Program-made: the position numbers and the translations under genes
NCBI GenBank assembly: GCA_030248215.1
Contig: JASANG010001649.1
Location: 310,001 to 374,000 of the forward strand
Direction: 5' to 3'
Length of the DNA: 64,000 nt
Source: Enoplolaimus lenunculus
Taxonomy: Eukaryota
Part shown: positions 13,294 through 25,139 of the stretch, one piece after another
Position numbering within the stretch: position 1 is the first letter of the stretch
How the letters are laid out: each line of letters opens with the position of its first letter
Notes under the pieces: generated by a model
Databases searched by the model: none
Told to the model about the DNA's origin: nothing
Seen by the model: the letters and a program-made list of their open reading frames with translations, nothing else

Positions 13294-13627
13294 CAGTTCC
13301 ACTGCCTACAGCATTTGTAGTTCGCATTCGGTTCCGCTCGCTTGCTTGGTCATCCCCATTATCTTCATCTGCGTCAGGCTCTACTTCGCTGTCTCCGGTT
13401 CCGCTATCAGCTTCGTTAATAATCACCGTTCCGGTCGGTGTATTGCCATTCGCGAACTGTCCATGTCCAGATACATCCGAGTTCGCTGGTTCATTCCCTC
13501 GGGTCATAATCTGTGGTCCATTATGCAGATGTTGCCGAGTACGAGAATGAACCGAAGATCCGCCTTCCGAAATACCTTCAGAGCAGCCGGAAAGCGTTGA
13601 TAGTGTCGAACTGACGCTGACAGAATC
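13294..13627 (-). CDS. SHANK: SHANK coding exon 21
   Basis: Acceptor attctcag (phase 0), donor G|gtaaa (phase 1). Begins DSVSVSSTLSTLS, a Ser-rich Shank motif. Confidence 0.85.
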
Positions 13628-13921
13628 CTGAGAATAGGTGGAAGGCAGATTTGAAATTATGCGAAACTGGGTTTTTGGCTTCTTTGAACAGTGTGGCCTG
13701 CTCGTTGGAAACAATAGTTTTTAGTTTATACATATTCTGGCAGTAACTATAATCTTGTCTCTTTGCTCTTGGAGAAAACTATTTCGCGCACGTGCTTAAT
13801 ATTTGTGAATAATCTTATGTGAATTGAATTTGAAGCCACATTTTTAGATATATTGTGTAATGCAGGTACCAGTAACAGTACCCTTGAAATTTATAATTAA
13901 CAGGCACCCGGATGAACTTAC

Positions 13922-14310
13922 TTGTTCGCGTCCCACTCGCATTCCGCCATTTACGCTACCATTAGATTCATTCGACCCTGACGATTGTCCACTCGTACTC
14001 AGGCTCAGTTTAGGACGGCCAATTTTTGAAGGCAGGGCTGGTGGCGGCCCAATAAGTTGATCTTCTAGCTGAGCACTCAGGACCGATACACGATTCGCAA
14101 TCGCTGATGCATCAGGCAGAGTTCCAGAAGCGTTCGGTGCGGGTGGTGCGCCAATTCGATTAAGGATTTCAGACTGTGATGAAATCGTCGAAGGAGGCAT
14201 GGATTTATTGATAACTGCAGACGTTGTTAAGGTCCCATTAGGACCGTGGCAGGCCGCGGCCGTGTCTTGTTGCTCGTTCGGCTCTAGGGAGTTTCGAGAT
14301 GATGTGTAGC
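13922..14310 (-). CDS. SHANK: SHANK coding exon 20
   Basis: Acceptor ctttacag (phase 1) completes DS-GYTSSRNSLEP. Donor CAA|gtaag (phase 0). Confidence 0.88.
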
Positions 14311-14518
14311 CTGTAAAGATTAAATTATAGCAATTGCAAGTCGTTTTTGAGTACGTATACAATATGCAAACCCTTGAAGTAAGTTTTAACTGAGGCAAAA
14401 TATCCAACAGCAATCTGCTCTGCTTAAGTAAAAGGCAGTTAATCTATCAGAATATAAAAATATATAAAGTTTTACTGTTAAAAATTTTAGTTTTGAGAAA
14501 AATAAAAATACCAAGTAA

Positions 14519-14723
14519 CGCTGCAAAAAATGGCGAGTAAAATTGACTCTCTCCGAAAGTGGCTCTACGAGACCACACAAACTGAGTCAAATTCGACTCC
14601 ACCAGAATGAAATTCGACTCACTGAGTCGCACGTTCGACTGTGGCGGAGTCGAGGACTCAGTTTGTGTAGTCCTGTTCAGCCTATTTCGAAGTGAGTAAA
14701 TCTGACTCACCATTTTTGCAGTG
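14519..14723. mobile_element. CACTG-ended (EnSpm/CACTA-like) MITE in a SHANK intron
   Basis: Termini CGCTGCAAAAAATGG and CCATTTTTGCAGTG, with internal GAGTC/GACTC inverted sub-repeats. Confidence 0.7.
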
Positions 14724-14765
14724 TACTTTGTGCCTTTAGTCAAAAATCTATCCAACCCAACATAC

Positions 14766-16801
14766 CTGAATCCTTAGTCAACACAGTCTGTCCAGATGTT
14801 TCTCGCTGTTGTGTAGCGCTATCACTTCCACCGTTTGGCAGCTTAAATCCAGATTTGTTTGACGTTGCCGCAACTTGACTTCGTACCGATTCTTTCAATG
14901 ATAAACCTGGCGTCACGGCGCTGTTTTGCCTAGAACTACCAATTGCAGATTTTGCAGTTGAATAAATAACATTCGCGGATGATGGCTTTTGTAGTGGTTT
15001 TGGTGGTAACGGCCGGTGATTCGCTGTGTTGGTTTTGCTGGTTGCAGTTGCCATGGTTTGCTTTTGTTGTGACACTGGCAATGGTACGTTTTGTTGTTCT
15101 TGTTGTTCTTGTTGTTTTTGCTCTTGATCATGTTGTTGCTGTTGTTGTTGTTTTTGTTTTCGCTTCGCAATGGCACGGGCGAGATCAGAATTAAAATCAC
15201 CAATGGTCGCTGTTGTTGCGGCACATGACGCTGCATTTGATCCAGTCGATTTTGTGTTACTCAACGATGAACAATGACTTTTAGACGCAACACTACGTGG
15301 CGATGAACGATTGCTGCTAGCAATGCTTGCGGCGGACACAGAATCTTGACTAGAATACATCTGTTGCGAGTTTCCCTTGTTGCTCGTTGCGCCTAATCTA
15401 TTCAGTGGCCCATTTTGAGCTTCACCGCCTTTCACGGAATTGGTGCAAGAGTTCTGCATTGTCTCAGATCCATTATGGTGGTCGGGAATGTAGAATTTAA
15501 CAGGCTGACTTCCTTGATTTGAACCGCTGCCACCGGCTACTGGTTTCACCGGGGGACTATTGAAGTTGGTTGGTTTTAGTCGAACAGCTGATAGGACTGC
15601 CGGGGTAAGAACAGCACCAGTCGAAACTCCGTTCGGCGTTGATGATTTCAATCTGGATGGTTCCAAGCATCCACTTAGTACAGGATTCGAGTCGGAAATT
15701 GATTTTTGGGCTGGTCGTAATTTAACCGCCGATAATGCAGCAGGCGTGATACCACTTTTATCACTCGTCGTAGATTGATGTTTTTGACCAGAACAAGAAC
15801 GACCGGGTGGTCCTAAAGAAGGTCCTGAAAGTGAGGCGTGTCCCAAAGGCAGAGGTGGTGGTGGAGGCGGTGGCGGACCAGGAGGTGGGGATGTCACAGC
15901 TGCAATTTGAGCCGGAGCGCCAGATATTTGCGAACTGGTGGTGTTGATATTTCCAGTCGCGTTCATAGGAGGCGGGGGCGGTGGGGCTCCTGGCCGACTA
16001 TCAAACGCAACACCGTCCTGGACACTTAAATCGTACCGCGGCAGCCCAGTTTTTCCAGCTACGAGTTGTTGCCGTGGCGAGTATCCATTCGATATCGTCG
16101 CTGAAGACTGACTGTTATCCGCATGCGTGGCGTAGGTTGTTTGCGGTGCGGTATATCCTTGTTGAACAGAGGCAACTGAAAAATTGTTATGCGAACCATT
16201 TCCAGTTGCACCCTTCTTGCTCCCCGGTTGAGTAAATATTACTGATTTGTTACTGCCATAATGCGATCGATCATTACCGCTTTGATTCGGTTGGAGACCA
16301 GTAGATACTCCACACTGTACTTGGTTGTCATGACGAACTGACGCACTTGTGACACTCAAATTATGTCCTGAATAAGCTCGATGCATACTGCCCTCAGACA
16401 AATCGGTTGTATTATTTGGTATCAAATTCGGTTCAGTACCGGTAAGCGTTTCACGCGAACAGCTCAGAGCGCTAGCAGGATATGTGTCCGAAGCGTAGAA
16501 TTCGTTACCTGCCATGCTATGATGATATGATCCAAATCCATGAGCTTCGTTAGCAATACTTGCAGGTTGCATTTGATTCAATGCTGGTGTACTGCCAAAG
16601 CTTTTCAGGTTCCACCCGGATGATCCTGGCGATGATGCCATCTGGCTTACAGGGGAACCGTTCTGTGGTTTGGTTGGTGTCGCCGGAGAGTAAACGATAG
16701 CGCCGTTACCACGTTGACGTTTCATTTCAGCGACACTTGTGTATTTTTTCGGCCGAAGAGTACCACAGTTTGTTGGTGATTCGTTCGGGTCGGCTACGGT
16801 T
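14766..16801 (-). CDS. SHANK: SHANK coding exon 19 (2036 nt proline-rich region)
   Basis: Acceptor attatag (phase 2), donor G|gtatg (phase 1). Overlaps ORF 14740-16725. Contains KKYTSVAEMKR, polyPro tracts and a Gln-rich tract. Confidence 0.92.
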
Positions 16802-17450
16802 CTATAATTTAAATTTTAGGAAAATGTATTTGAAAATATGCAATAACCGGGCAATTAACCAAATATCGCTGTTTGGAATTTTTTACTCGGAAGAAAACGA
16901 AATAGCAGCTGTATGAATAATCTAGTCACCAATGATCGAATTGTCGGTGTTTAACGTATAAGATTATACCATAAGTTAATTCCGCGTACTCTCACTCGGT
17001 CAACATCTGATTCGGCCAACAGTCAAATTTGACATGAAATAATTTCTTTAAAGTGGAGTATGAAATACCTACTGTTTAACCGTGCTGCCAAAACTTTTGC
17101 TTTCTCGTCAAACGTTTGCGTACACCCCCCGTATAAACTCCGCAGAAAGTTAAACTGATTCCAGTTAGCTGAACGAGATGTTGGCCGTGTGAGAGTATAC
17201 CGTGTCAAATCAGCCTGTGTAGACACACTTGAGCTATCGCAACAACTACACAAAGATATAACCATCGACCTAAAACTGCGGTCGCTTCTCATCCGCAGGT
17301 ACAATGGAAAGGTGGGTGCCGCCCCGTATCGACATTTTCGTCCCCCGCTGGCCGAAAATTTTTTCAACAGCACTACCAGAATTATTTGTTGGCAAAATTT
17401 TCTTCATCCGTTTATGAACCCTTTTGCCTCCTCTACTAACAATTCCTTAC

Positions 17451-17805
17451 CCATTCATATTCGGCGATTGATCTGTACTCAGCTGTCTTGCCATAAATTG
17501 TTCAATTTCAGTCACTGACGTTCGCCTTGTATTCGCTCGCGATCTTATCGATGCAACTTTATCGCGATTGTTGCCTTGTGTGTTGTTGTTGTTGTTGTTG
17601 TTGTTGTTGCCAGTATTTGTTGCCAGCTGTTGCGGAGATCTCATAATCACAGTTGAAGCTGGATGAATGTCATCCGCGTTACAGCTACGCGGCGACGCGT
17701 TACTATAACACGATTGAGTTGGAGTACGATACGGATCGCTATTACTGTTCGTGTTGGTGCTACGCAGCGATAGGCCGTCTTCGTCGTAATAAGCAAGTGT
17801 TGCGT
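17451..17805 (-). CDS. SHANK: SHANK coding exon 18
   Basis: Acceptor attttag (phase 1), donor GG|gtaag (phase 2). Contains poly-Asn and KVASIRSRANTRRTSVTEIEQFMARQ, similar to a motif of invertebrate Shanks. Confidence 0.9.
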
Positions 17806-18088
17806 CTAAAATACAAGAAAAATATAATCTAGCGCAATTTTAGACTAAGTTTTAGTTTTATTCTAAGTTAAAACTAAATCTAGCGTTAGTTTACGACTGG
17901 CAAGCACATGAGCGAAAGCTGTGACGCAAAATAGCTAGATATCGTGCAAGATCCATGAAAACAGCATAACAAGCAAAATGTATGACCGATTTTTAGAGTA
18001 TATATATTTATATAAAAACTAAAGGCCTACGAAGAAAAGCATGCGTTCCGCCATTCTAAGTTAAAAGCAGTACCATCTAAAGGAGCCC

Positions 18089-18347
18089 TTCGCAAAAATT
18101 TCGCTACGGATGCGGTGGCGCTCGAACCCACGACGTACGGATTACCGGTTTGTTGCACTATCCACTGAGCTACGCAGCCATGCAAACTTTTAAACCACAA
18201 AATTGTTGATTCAGAGAATTCGCAAAAATTTCGCTGCGGATGCGGTGGCGCTCGAACCCACGACGTACGGATTACCGGTTTGTTGCACTATCCACTGAGC
18301 TACGCAGCCATGCAAACTTTTAAACCACAAAATTGTTGATTCAGAGA
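18089..18347 (-). repeat. Tandem duplication (130 bp period x2) of a tRNA-derived sequence
   Basis: Two almost identical units. Each contains a tRNA-like fold on - (18108-18179 and 18238-18309) with A box TAGCTCAGTGG, B box GGTTCGAGC, and mismatches in all stems. Confidence 0.85.
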
Positions 18348-19000
18348 CTATATAAGAAACAAAATGCGGCAGCTTATTGAAAAGAAAGTTTCGAGACAAC
18401 TGTCGAAAAGCTAGACGCAATGTGATCGTTTTACTTGGTGGATTTTGTGTTCAAATATGCTAAAATCAGGGCTAAATAGTGGGATTCAGCCCAATTACCA
18501 TCATATGCGTTATAGATGCACAGTTCTAAAATTGTGTGCAGTGCGGCTTTTAGTAGATCAGAACAATTTTTTTGCACAGCTGCAATATTAGAAAAACACA
18601 AGTGGTGACAAAAGTGCTATGCCGAATCAATGAAAGTTGCGCAAAGCGGCAATCTACATACTCGGTTATCACATGCACACCCATACCATTGTTGACTACG
18701 TAAACATCCCACTTAATTTCCACTCGAGAATAAACATTGACCCTCAAATAGCAACATTTTGAACCTTTCCTTTACAATGACTCTATTAAAAAATTCGTCA
18801 ACAAAACGTGGATAAAGGGAGAGACAAACCGCTGCCAAATTTTTTTGAGCGTTACAAAAAAGCTCTGTTAACAAGGATCCCAAAAACCGTCTGGATTCTA
18901 CTTTTTGACAAAATTACATTAAGTCATATCCTCTCGAACTGAAATCCTGCCTACTCCCCTGCTCCAAAACCTAAAAACTGTACAAAACCATGATGCGTAC

Positions 19001-19318
19001 CCAACTGCGCCAGCCCATCAGTAACCGACTGTTGATCATACGTCGGTGAATACTGGCGTTGATATTCGTTGTCAGATTCCCATGACGCAACCTGGCTGTT
19101 CATTTGGGGAATCAAATTTGAACCAGTCGATGCGGACAATGATGTATTTGGATCGCGACGAGGCAGCGGAGGTGGCGGTGCAGGAAACTGCTGGTTATTG
19201 CCTATAAGTGACCGTGGAACAGTGCCTGAGGCACCCATTGTGTGCGATATGGTGTGCTGTTGAAAGTTCGTCACTTGACGCCCGTCAGTGGTGCAATGGT
19301 GCGATTGGCAGTGTGCCG
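19001..19318 (-). CDS. SHANK: SHANK coding exon 17
   Basis: Acceptor gtttcag, donor G|gtacg, phase 1-1. Contains FPAPPPPLPRRDPNTSLS, the post-PDZ Shank motif (cf. PPPKRAPSTTL). Confidence 0.9.
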
Positions 19319-20089
19319 CTGAAACCGAGCATGCGTGTTTTACAAAGTATTTTTTATATGATGCTTTTAGTTAAATGTTATTGAAAGCTTTTTTACATTT
19401 TTATTTTTTGCTTGATGACTGCATTGAGATGTTTTACGAAAACAGAAAACACGAAACGTTATTTATGCTCAATTTAAGCAAAATTTTTATTTATTATAAA
19501 GTGCCTGCCAACTAAGTGCTTTGCTTGCGGCTTAGTGCATGAATATGTTACGATTGGGTTGCTAGGATTATTTACACTTTTCACCATACCTTAAGGTTAA
19601 GACTCAGGCTTGGGCTAAGCTTAGGTAAACGTTTTACAGAACTTAAGCCTAAGCCAAAATCTGCGGGACAGTGTGCAACCTGAGGTGAAAAACAGCGGAA
19701 CCGGAGGTCAACGGAAACCGGAGTTCACGCGAAATTAAGTATATAATTTAAGCAAGTTAAAATTGTTGATTTAATCGAACCTTCAGTCGATTTTCTGCCG
19801 GAGACAGACCTCCTGTTTTACCATGCTGCAGAGGCAGAGTGTCCAAGAACCGGAAGCTTTCATATTACTCATAGTGCAAAATCAACGTCACAAGGTAGGT
19901 ATTATCACATGGCGCTTGGTTTATCCTCATCCGTGGAATAAAACAGGTCATCATTTATTACAGAAGTCTAATTAATATTTGGCTGGACAACATCAGTGAT
20001 AACAGTAGCAGTATTAAGAAGCAAATATTGCAAACGCAAATTTATGCCAGCAAAACAATTTCCAATCTACGAGCATGCATTTTAAGAAT

Positions 20090-20270
20090 CTACGACAACA
20101 TGTCGTCCGAAAACGTGTCGCCCAACAGTATCCTAAAGCCTATGAATAAATCTAAGCATAATCCTACGCGTAATCTTGAGCCTGAGCCTGAGACTATGCA
20201 TAATGATGATCGACGAATTGTCGAGTTGATGAAACTTCCGATTTCAAGTTGTCGTTAGACGAATTGTCAT
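20090..20270. mobile_element. Dispersed element, family T (CGACAATTCGTC...GACGAATTGTCG ends with GCCTAA-like core)
   Basis: Related copies at ~22635-22790, 29850-30020, 30355-30490, 34920-35105, 47353-47540, 51495-51610 and 62140-62320. Boundaries are approximate. Confidence 0.7.
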
Positions 20271-20748
20271 GTACTGCAGCCTTCAACTAAAGTGCTGCAA
20301 TATATGGCATCCTTTCGTGCAAATCTTTTTTCACAAAATTTATACTGTGTAAAGGCAAATATATAAAATAATATCCCAAAAATAACTAAAAACTACTTGA
20401 ATTAGAAGCAATAGTAAAATGTAAAACAATAAATAAGTGTGCATAGTGATTGCGCATTGAAATTGTCCTAGCATACCAGGGGTATTAATTTGTAAGTAGA
20501 TTTTCTAAAAACCACTCCACGCTGAGACTTTTAAAACCGAAACTGTCAACCTTTGCAAAAAAAAAAACTGAAAACCCTTCACTACAAAAGCACCTCTTAC
20601 ATCTGTTGCGCTGGACGCATTTATATTTTTTACCAAATTTAATTTCGTATAAATCTTGGTGCATCAAAATCACGAACCGTTGGAATTTGCCACCACCAAA
20701 ATGTGATCCACTTAGCTCGACTGCACCTGAAAAGGCCAAGTTACGTAC

Positions 20749-20992
20749 CAGGTTTGCGTCGTGACGGCAAAGTACCGCTAGTTGCCGCCATCGGCAGTCC
20801 ATTACTCGAGCCACAATTGGATCCATAATGGCCTGTCGTGGGCTGTTGTTGACGGGCGTTTGGAGCAATTGTTGCCGGAATAGGACACGAAGTATCAACA
20901 GTGACAATTTTGAGACTGATTGTATCACCAGATAGTTGGATATGACGCACGACTTGATCATGACTACAACAGCGGACGTCCTGACCGTTGAT
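20749..20992 (-). CDS. SHANK: SHANK coding exon 16 (PDZ C-terminal half)
   Basis: Acceptor ttttcag (phase 0), donor G|gtacg (phase 1). Encodes INGQDVRCCSHDQVVRHIQLSGDTISLKIVTV. Confidence 0.95.
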
Positions 20993-21142
20993 CTGAAAAT
21001 AATTCGCCACAAATATTAGTTTCGCAAGAAAAATATTCGAGTATTTATATGCGTACTATTAAATCAGTTTAGTTCTTCGCTTAGGGTTAAGAAGACCTGG
21101 ATCTGTATTCTGAACCGTGTGTAACACTTATCACAAGATATA

Positions 21143-21412
21143 TGTCTTAGGCCAATCTGCTATTCGCGCCAATTAATTACTAATTGGCCTAAGCCAATCT
21201 GCTATTTTATGTAATAGCAGTTTGTCGTGCGCTAAACTGCTATTGAACTTATGGACGAATCAGAATTGATTATTTGGACAGACGCAAACCATTCAGCGTT
21301 GGTATTGCATCACTGGTGTTTTGCGAAATCTCACAATCGCAAATTGGGCTAGGCCAATCTGGTATTTGGTTCGAATAGCAGATTGACCTAAATAGCAGAT
21401 TGGCCTACGACA
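21143..21412. mobile_element. MITE with TA flanks
   Basis: TIRs TGTCTTAGGCCAATCTGCTATT and AATAGCAGATTGGCCTACGACA, with TA on both sides and internal copies of the TIR motif. Confidence 0.75.
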
Positions 21413-22926
21413 TACACATATAACCGAAATTTACTGTTTAAATAGCAACTTTGCGTATAATGTTTTTTACAATAAATTGTATTTCCCTCTTATTATTTGT
21501 ATACATATCGAGTGATTACACCTTACACGTTGATTTAAATATTTGCATCACCCCTCTGCAGCAGCGTACAACTAAGACACAATTTTTAATAAAATTCCCA
21601 TCTCCCAACAAGGCATCACCTCCTATTCTACCCTTACATCATTTTGTTTTGCGGAGCTCAAAATAACTTTTAACTCCTCCACACTTAAAAATCCCACCTT
21701 TAACCATTTATCTGCTAGCATATTTAGCAACGTGTTTCAGTAGCATAGAACAAAAACAGAGTTTTGTTAAAATATACACAAAAACACTTCAGTTTACAAT
21801 AATGTAGTTAGATTTTGTGTGGTTCTGTCTATCAACGGTACACTGATTTCTAATTTAAAATTAGTTTTTTTTTTTCAAATTTCAACAAATCCCCCTTCAT
21901 TATAAGATATACAGAGATTAAAACGACGAATCTCGGCTTACAATCTTTAAGTCACCATTGAGGCGAAAAACAACTGTTGTACACGTTTTCTTTCAAATGC
22001 GTCCAAAATTAAAAATGATTCTTTTCTATCCAAGTGTTCACTTTTTTTAATTCATTTTTTCTATTTATTTAAGCCACTAGCCGACGACTCAATAGTCTTT
22101 GTGATGAACGCCGAGCGTGACAACAGTGTTTACACACCCACTTATCATTCAAAGCATCTCACACATTTAAACTTAATAATAATATCTTCGTCGATTTTAC
22201 TAGTTTAGAATGGACATAAAAAATAGAAATACAAATGACACTTGTGACCGTTCGTTACTCACTTGTAATGAACAAAATGACAGATATCTATGAGTGTCAC
22301 GATATTAAAGAAACGCGTGTTGCGCCCTCCCTCCCAAGAATTAAGTGTGGACAATAAGGTTAGATCGAATAATAAACAAACATATCCTATAACATCAACC
22401 TTTTATACTTTTTGTTCTCAAAAAATTAGAAACAACAAAAAGAACAACGTGAGAACAAAAAAACTGAAAAGTTTTGCGAGCAGCGCTTTGTTATCACAAA
22501 TGCGAATTAAATATTAAAATATAGATGGTCTTTATAAAATCAATAAACGATATTGGTCCTGTCAGAGAGGTGCCTACCAAAGACATACAAAGGAAATCCT
22601 AATACCCCTGATAACAAAGCGCTGATGACTCGAGTCTACGACAATTCGTCGCCCGACAGCTTGTCGCTCAACAGTGTCTTAAAACCTATTAAAATATCAT
22701 TGCATAATTCTAAGCCGACCGAAAGGCGACAAATTGTCGAGTCGACATAATTTCAGATTACAAGTTGTCCGGCGACGAATTGTCGTGATACCTGCTAATT
22801 CACGATAGTTAAAAATAAGGCAAAAACATATAAAAAAACTATAAGTTATCCACAAGCATTGTAACTTGTCTACAATGTCATTATTCTTTGGGACCAGCAA
22901 GACACTGCAGTTACTATGAAACATAC

Positions 22927-23054
22927 TTCTAACAGGAAATCTCCTGGCCTGAGACCCGCTTTCATTGCCATACCGTTCATGTCGACGCCTTCGAAGTATT
23001 GGAGCGCTGGAATTTCAGGTGTTGGCACAAAATCAACACTGCCACCTTCGAGTT
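22927..23054 (-). CDS. SHANK: SHANK coding exon 15 (PDZ middle)
   Basis: Acceptor atttaag (phase 1), donor GAA|gtatg (phase 0). Encodes LEGGSVDFVPTPEIPALQYFEGVDMNGMAMKAGLRPGDFLLE, including the Shank-specific F.PTP..PALQY loop. Confidence 0.95.
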
Positions 23055-23573
23055 CTTAAATTTGAACGCAACTTAAGGTAAACACAGCATTATTAAACAG
23101 GGTTTCAACGAATGAAAGTTGATATCGAAACACAATCAGAAACTGGTCTTTTCGGTCGGGTCTCGCTAGCCGGCATTTGTTCCAAAATGGTGGTATTTAT
23201 AATATTTGATGCAGATTTAAACTGCTCATAATCCTGACCATTCAATGCCCAAATTTTAATTGTTGAAAAATTCTCACATTCGCAAACGTTTACTTGGCTA
23301 ATAAGTCTAACCGCACAATTCGCACAACAAAAATTAGGTTTTAGGAAGGAACGGATTTAAATAATTAATATACACAGAGTGACGTTAATAAATGAATAAG
23401 CCTTTATTTTCAATTTTGATTAATCTAAAAATGAACTTAAATGTTATTTCTCAACCAATTCTATAGGCGAATACGTCATTATCTGCAAAAACCAAAGCCA
23501 TGCAATATCAGGTAACTATCAATTAGCTGTTGCCACCTGTACGGGTTTGCCTACAATCATGTCAGATGCTTAC

Positions 23574-23647
23574 TTTTCGCTCCTCGCAAAATGAATCCAA
23601 ATCCTTTTGGCCCCCGTGGGATGACAATAATTCGTGGCACGTTGACG
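23574..23647 (-). CDS. SHANK: SHANK coding exon 14 (PDZ N-terminus)
   Basis: Acceptor tttttcag (phase 2), donor A|gtaag (phase 1). Encodes VNVPRIIVIPRGPKGFGFILRGAK, the carboxylate-binding loop. Confidence 0.95.
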
Positions 23648-24793
23648 CTGAAAAATAAATTAATACATCCGCTAGATTTAGTTTTAACGTTTTTTGTTAA
23701 ATATTTATCTTATCCACACAAAGTGAATTAAATCTGACCCAAAAGCGTAAGGTGAAAGTGATTCTATATATACGTACGTTTCGCCAACTTCAATCATTTA
23801 CCTATATCTCACTCAAAGTCGTATCGTGAAACGGGCAGTGTGCCGGGGCCCCATTAAACAATATAGTTCTTTGAGACAACTATATTGCAGGAGCAAAATC
23901 TGACGTTATTTTTATTGCTTTAACGACATCGGTACTCATACATCGTAATTTCTTCGTTGCCTGCTGAATTCTGAATAGAGTAGTGAATGTTTATGTTTAT
24001 TTTTCTGACTGAATACATAATAAAATAAGGAAAAAATTTGCGATATATCATGACTAAATTTGTGTCCAATTTTCAGTAAACTTCAACGCTGTTCGATGTA
24101 GCGCATGTAAAGATCAGGGACGAAACGGTTTTCTGCGGGTCTGCAACAGAGTAAGCTTAAGCTTTAGACTATTTTGTTTTGCGTTTAGGGTTATGCTTTG
24201 GCTTAAACTTTAGTCATAAGATCATTCTTACACTTAGACTTATACTTAAATTTATGCTTAGGCTTACGAATATGCTTATATTACTGTTACGGCCCTGTTC
24301 TATACATTGGCCGATGTAGATAAGCAATCAATGTAACGCCTACGTTATATCAGACAATATTTGTTTTCACGACACTATTAATGTTAAGTGATTAATTTTT
24401 GCTGTCGAAAAACATGACAGACATCATTAAATGTATGCATATGTAGTTTGTTATGACTTCGGATGACTTAAAAGTTTGTGCGATATTTTTTGTAATTATT
24501 GGGTTCGTGTACACTTTACTCACGTTTAAGACGCAGGCTTAGGCTTAGGCTCGGGCAAAGGCTTTAGGTACAGGTCAACTTGCCAACAATTTTACTTAAC
24601 CCAACAAAATCACTTTCGATGATTCTTTAAATTTTTACCGTACTGATAGAGGCGTAGCTATAATTTTGATGTGGGTACGCTCTATGAATGTTTCGAAGAC
24701 GGTTTCTTGTATTGCCAACTTGAAGGAACTACCCCTAAATCCTATGGCTGCGCACTGCCTACTGATACGAAATCCGGCGCCCCATGCACTTAC

Positions 24794-24907
24794 TCGTTTC
24801 CGTTAACGACCATATAATTCGGAACAGCCGCTGAATCGGGTGAAAATTTTCGCATCGACTGTGAAGATTGGTAATCGGGCTGTTGCTGTGGTTGCTGCTG
24901 CTGCTGC

Positions 24908-24956
<49 letters not shown>

Positions 24957-25139
24957 GCTGCTGCTGGTGCTGCTGCTGCTGTTGTTGTTCCTGCTGCTGC
25001 TGCTGTTGTTCCTGCTGCTGCTGTTGTTGCTGCTGCTGTTGTTGTTGTTGTTGTTGCGACAGAACACTGTTATGTGTTGCTGTGTCACGTCGCGTTAGCG
25101 TTCCTCCGTCGCTGTAAGTTGTCGATGATTGTTGATTAC
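24794..25139 (-). CDS. SHANK: SHANK coding exon 13 (polyQ exon, long-isoform boundaries)
   Basis: Internal acceptor tattttgacag is phase 1, matching exon 12. Donor GA|gtaag is phase 2, matching exon 14. Confidence 0.8.

Noticed and set aside
13628..13714. 5' part of ORF 13262-13714 as coding sequence
   Set aside because: A phase-correct acceptor at 13628 precedes the conserved DSVSVSS motif, so the upstream part is most likely open intron.
18108..18309. Functional tRNA-Thr(GGT) genes
   Set aside because: Mismatches in all four stems (two in the anticodon stem) and C in place of the conserved U33.
13346..19263. Several plus-strand ORFs overlapping Shank exons
   Set aside because: Antisense shadows of GC-richer coding sequence, with no recognisable domains.
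23801..23970. Possible extra exon between the polyQ and PDZ exons (acceptor attcag at 23971)
   Set aside because: All three frames hit stops before the plausible donor, and exons 13 and 14 already join in phase.
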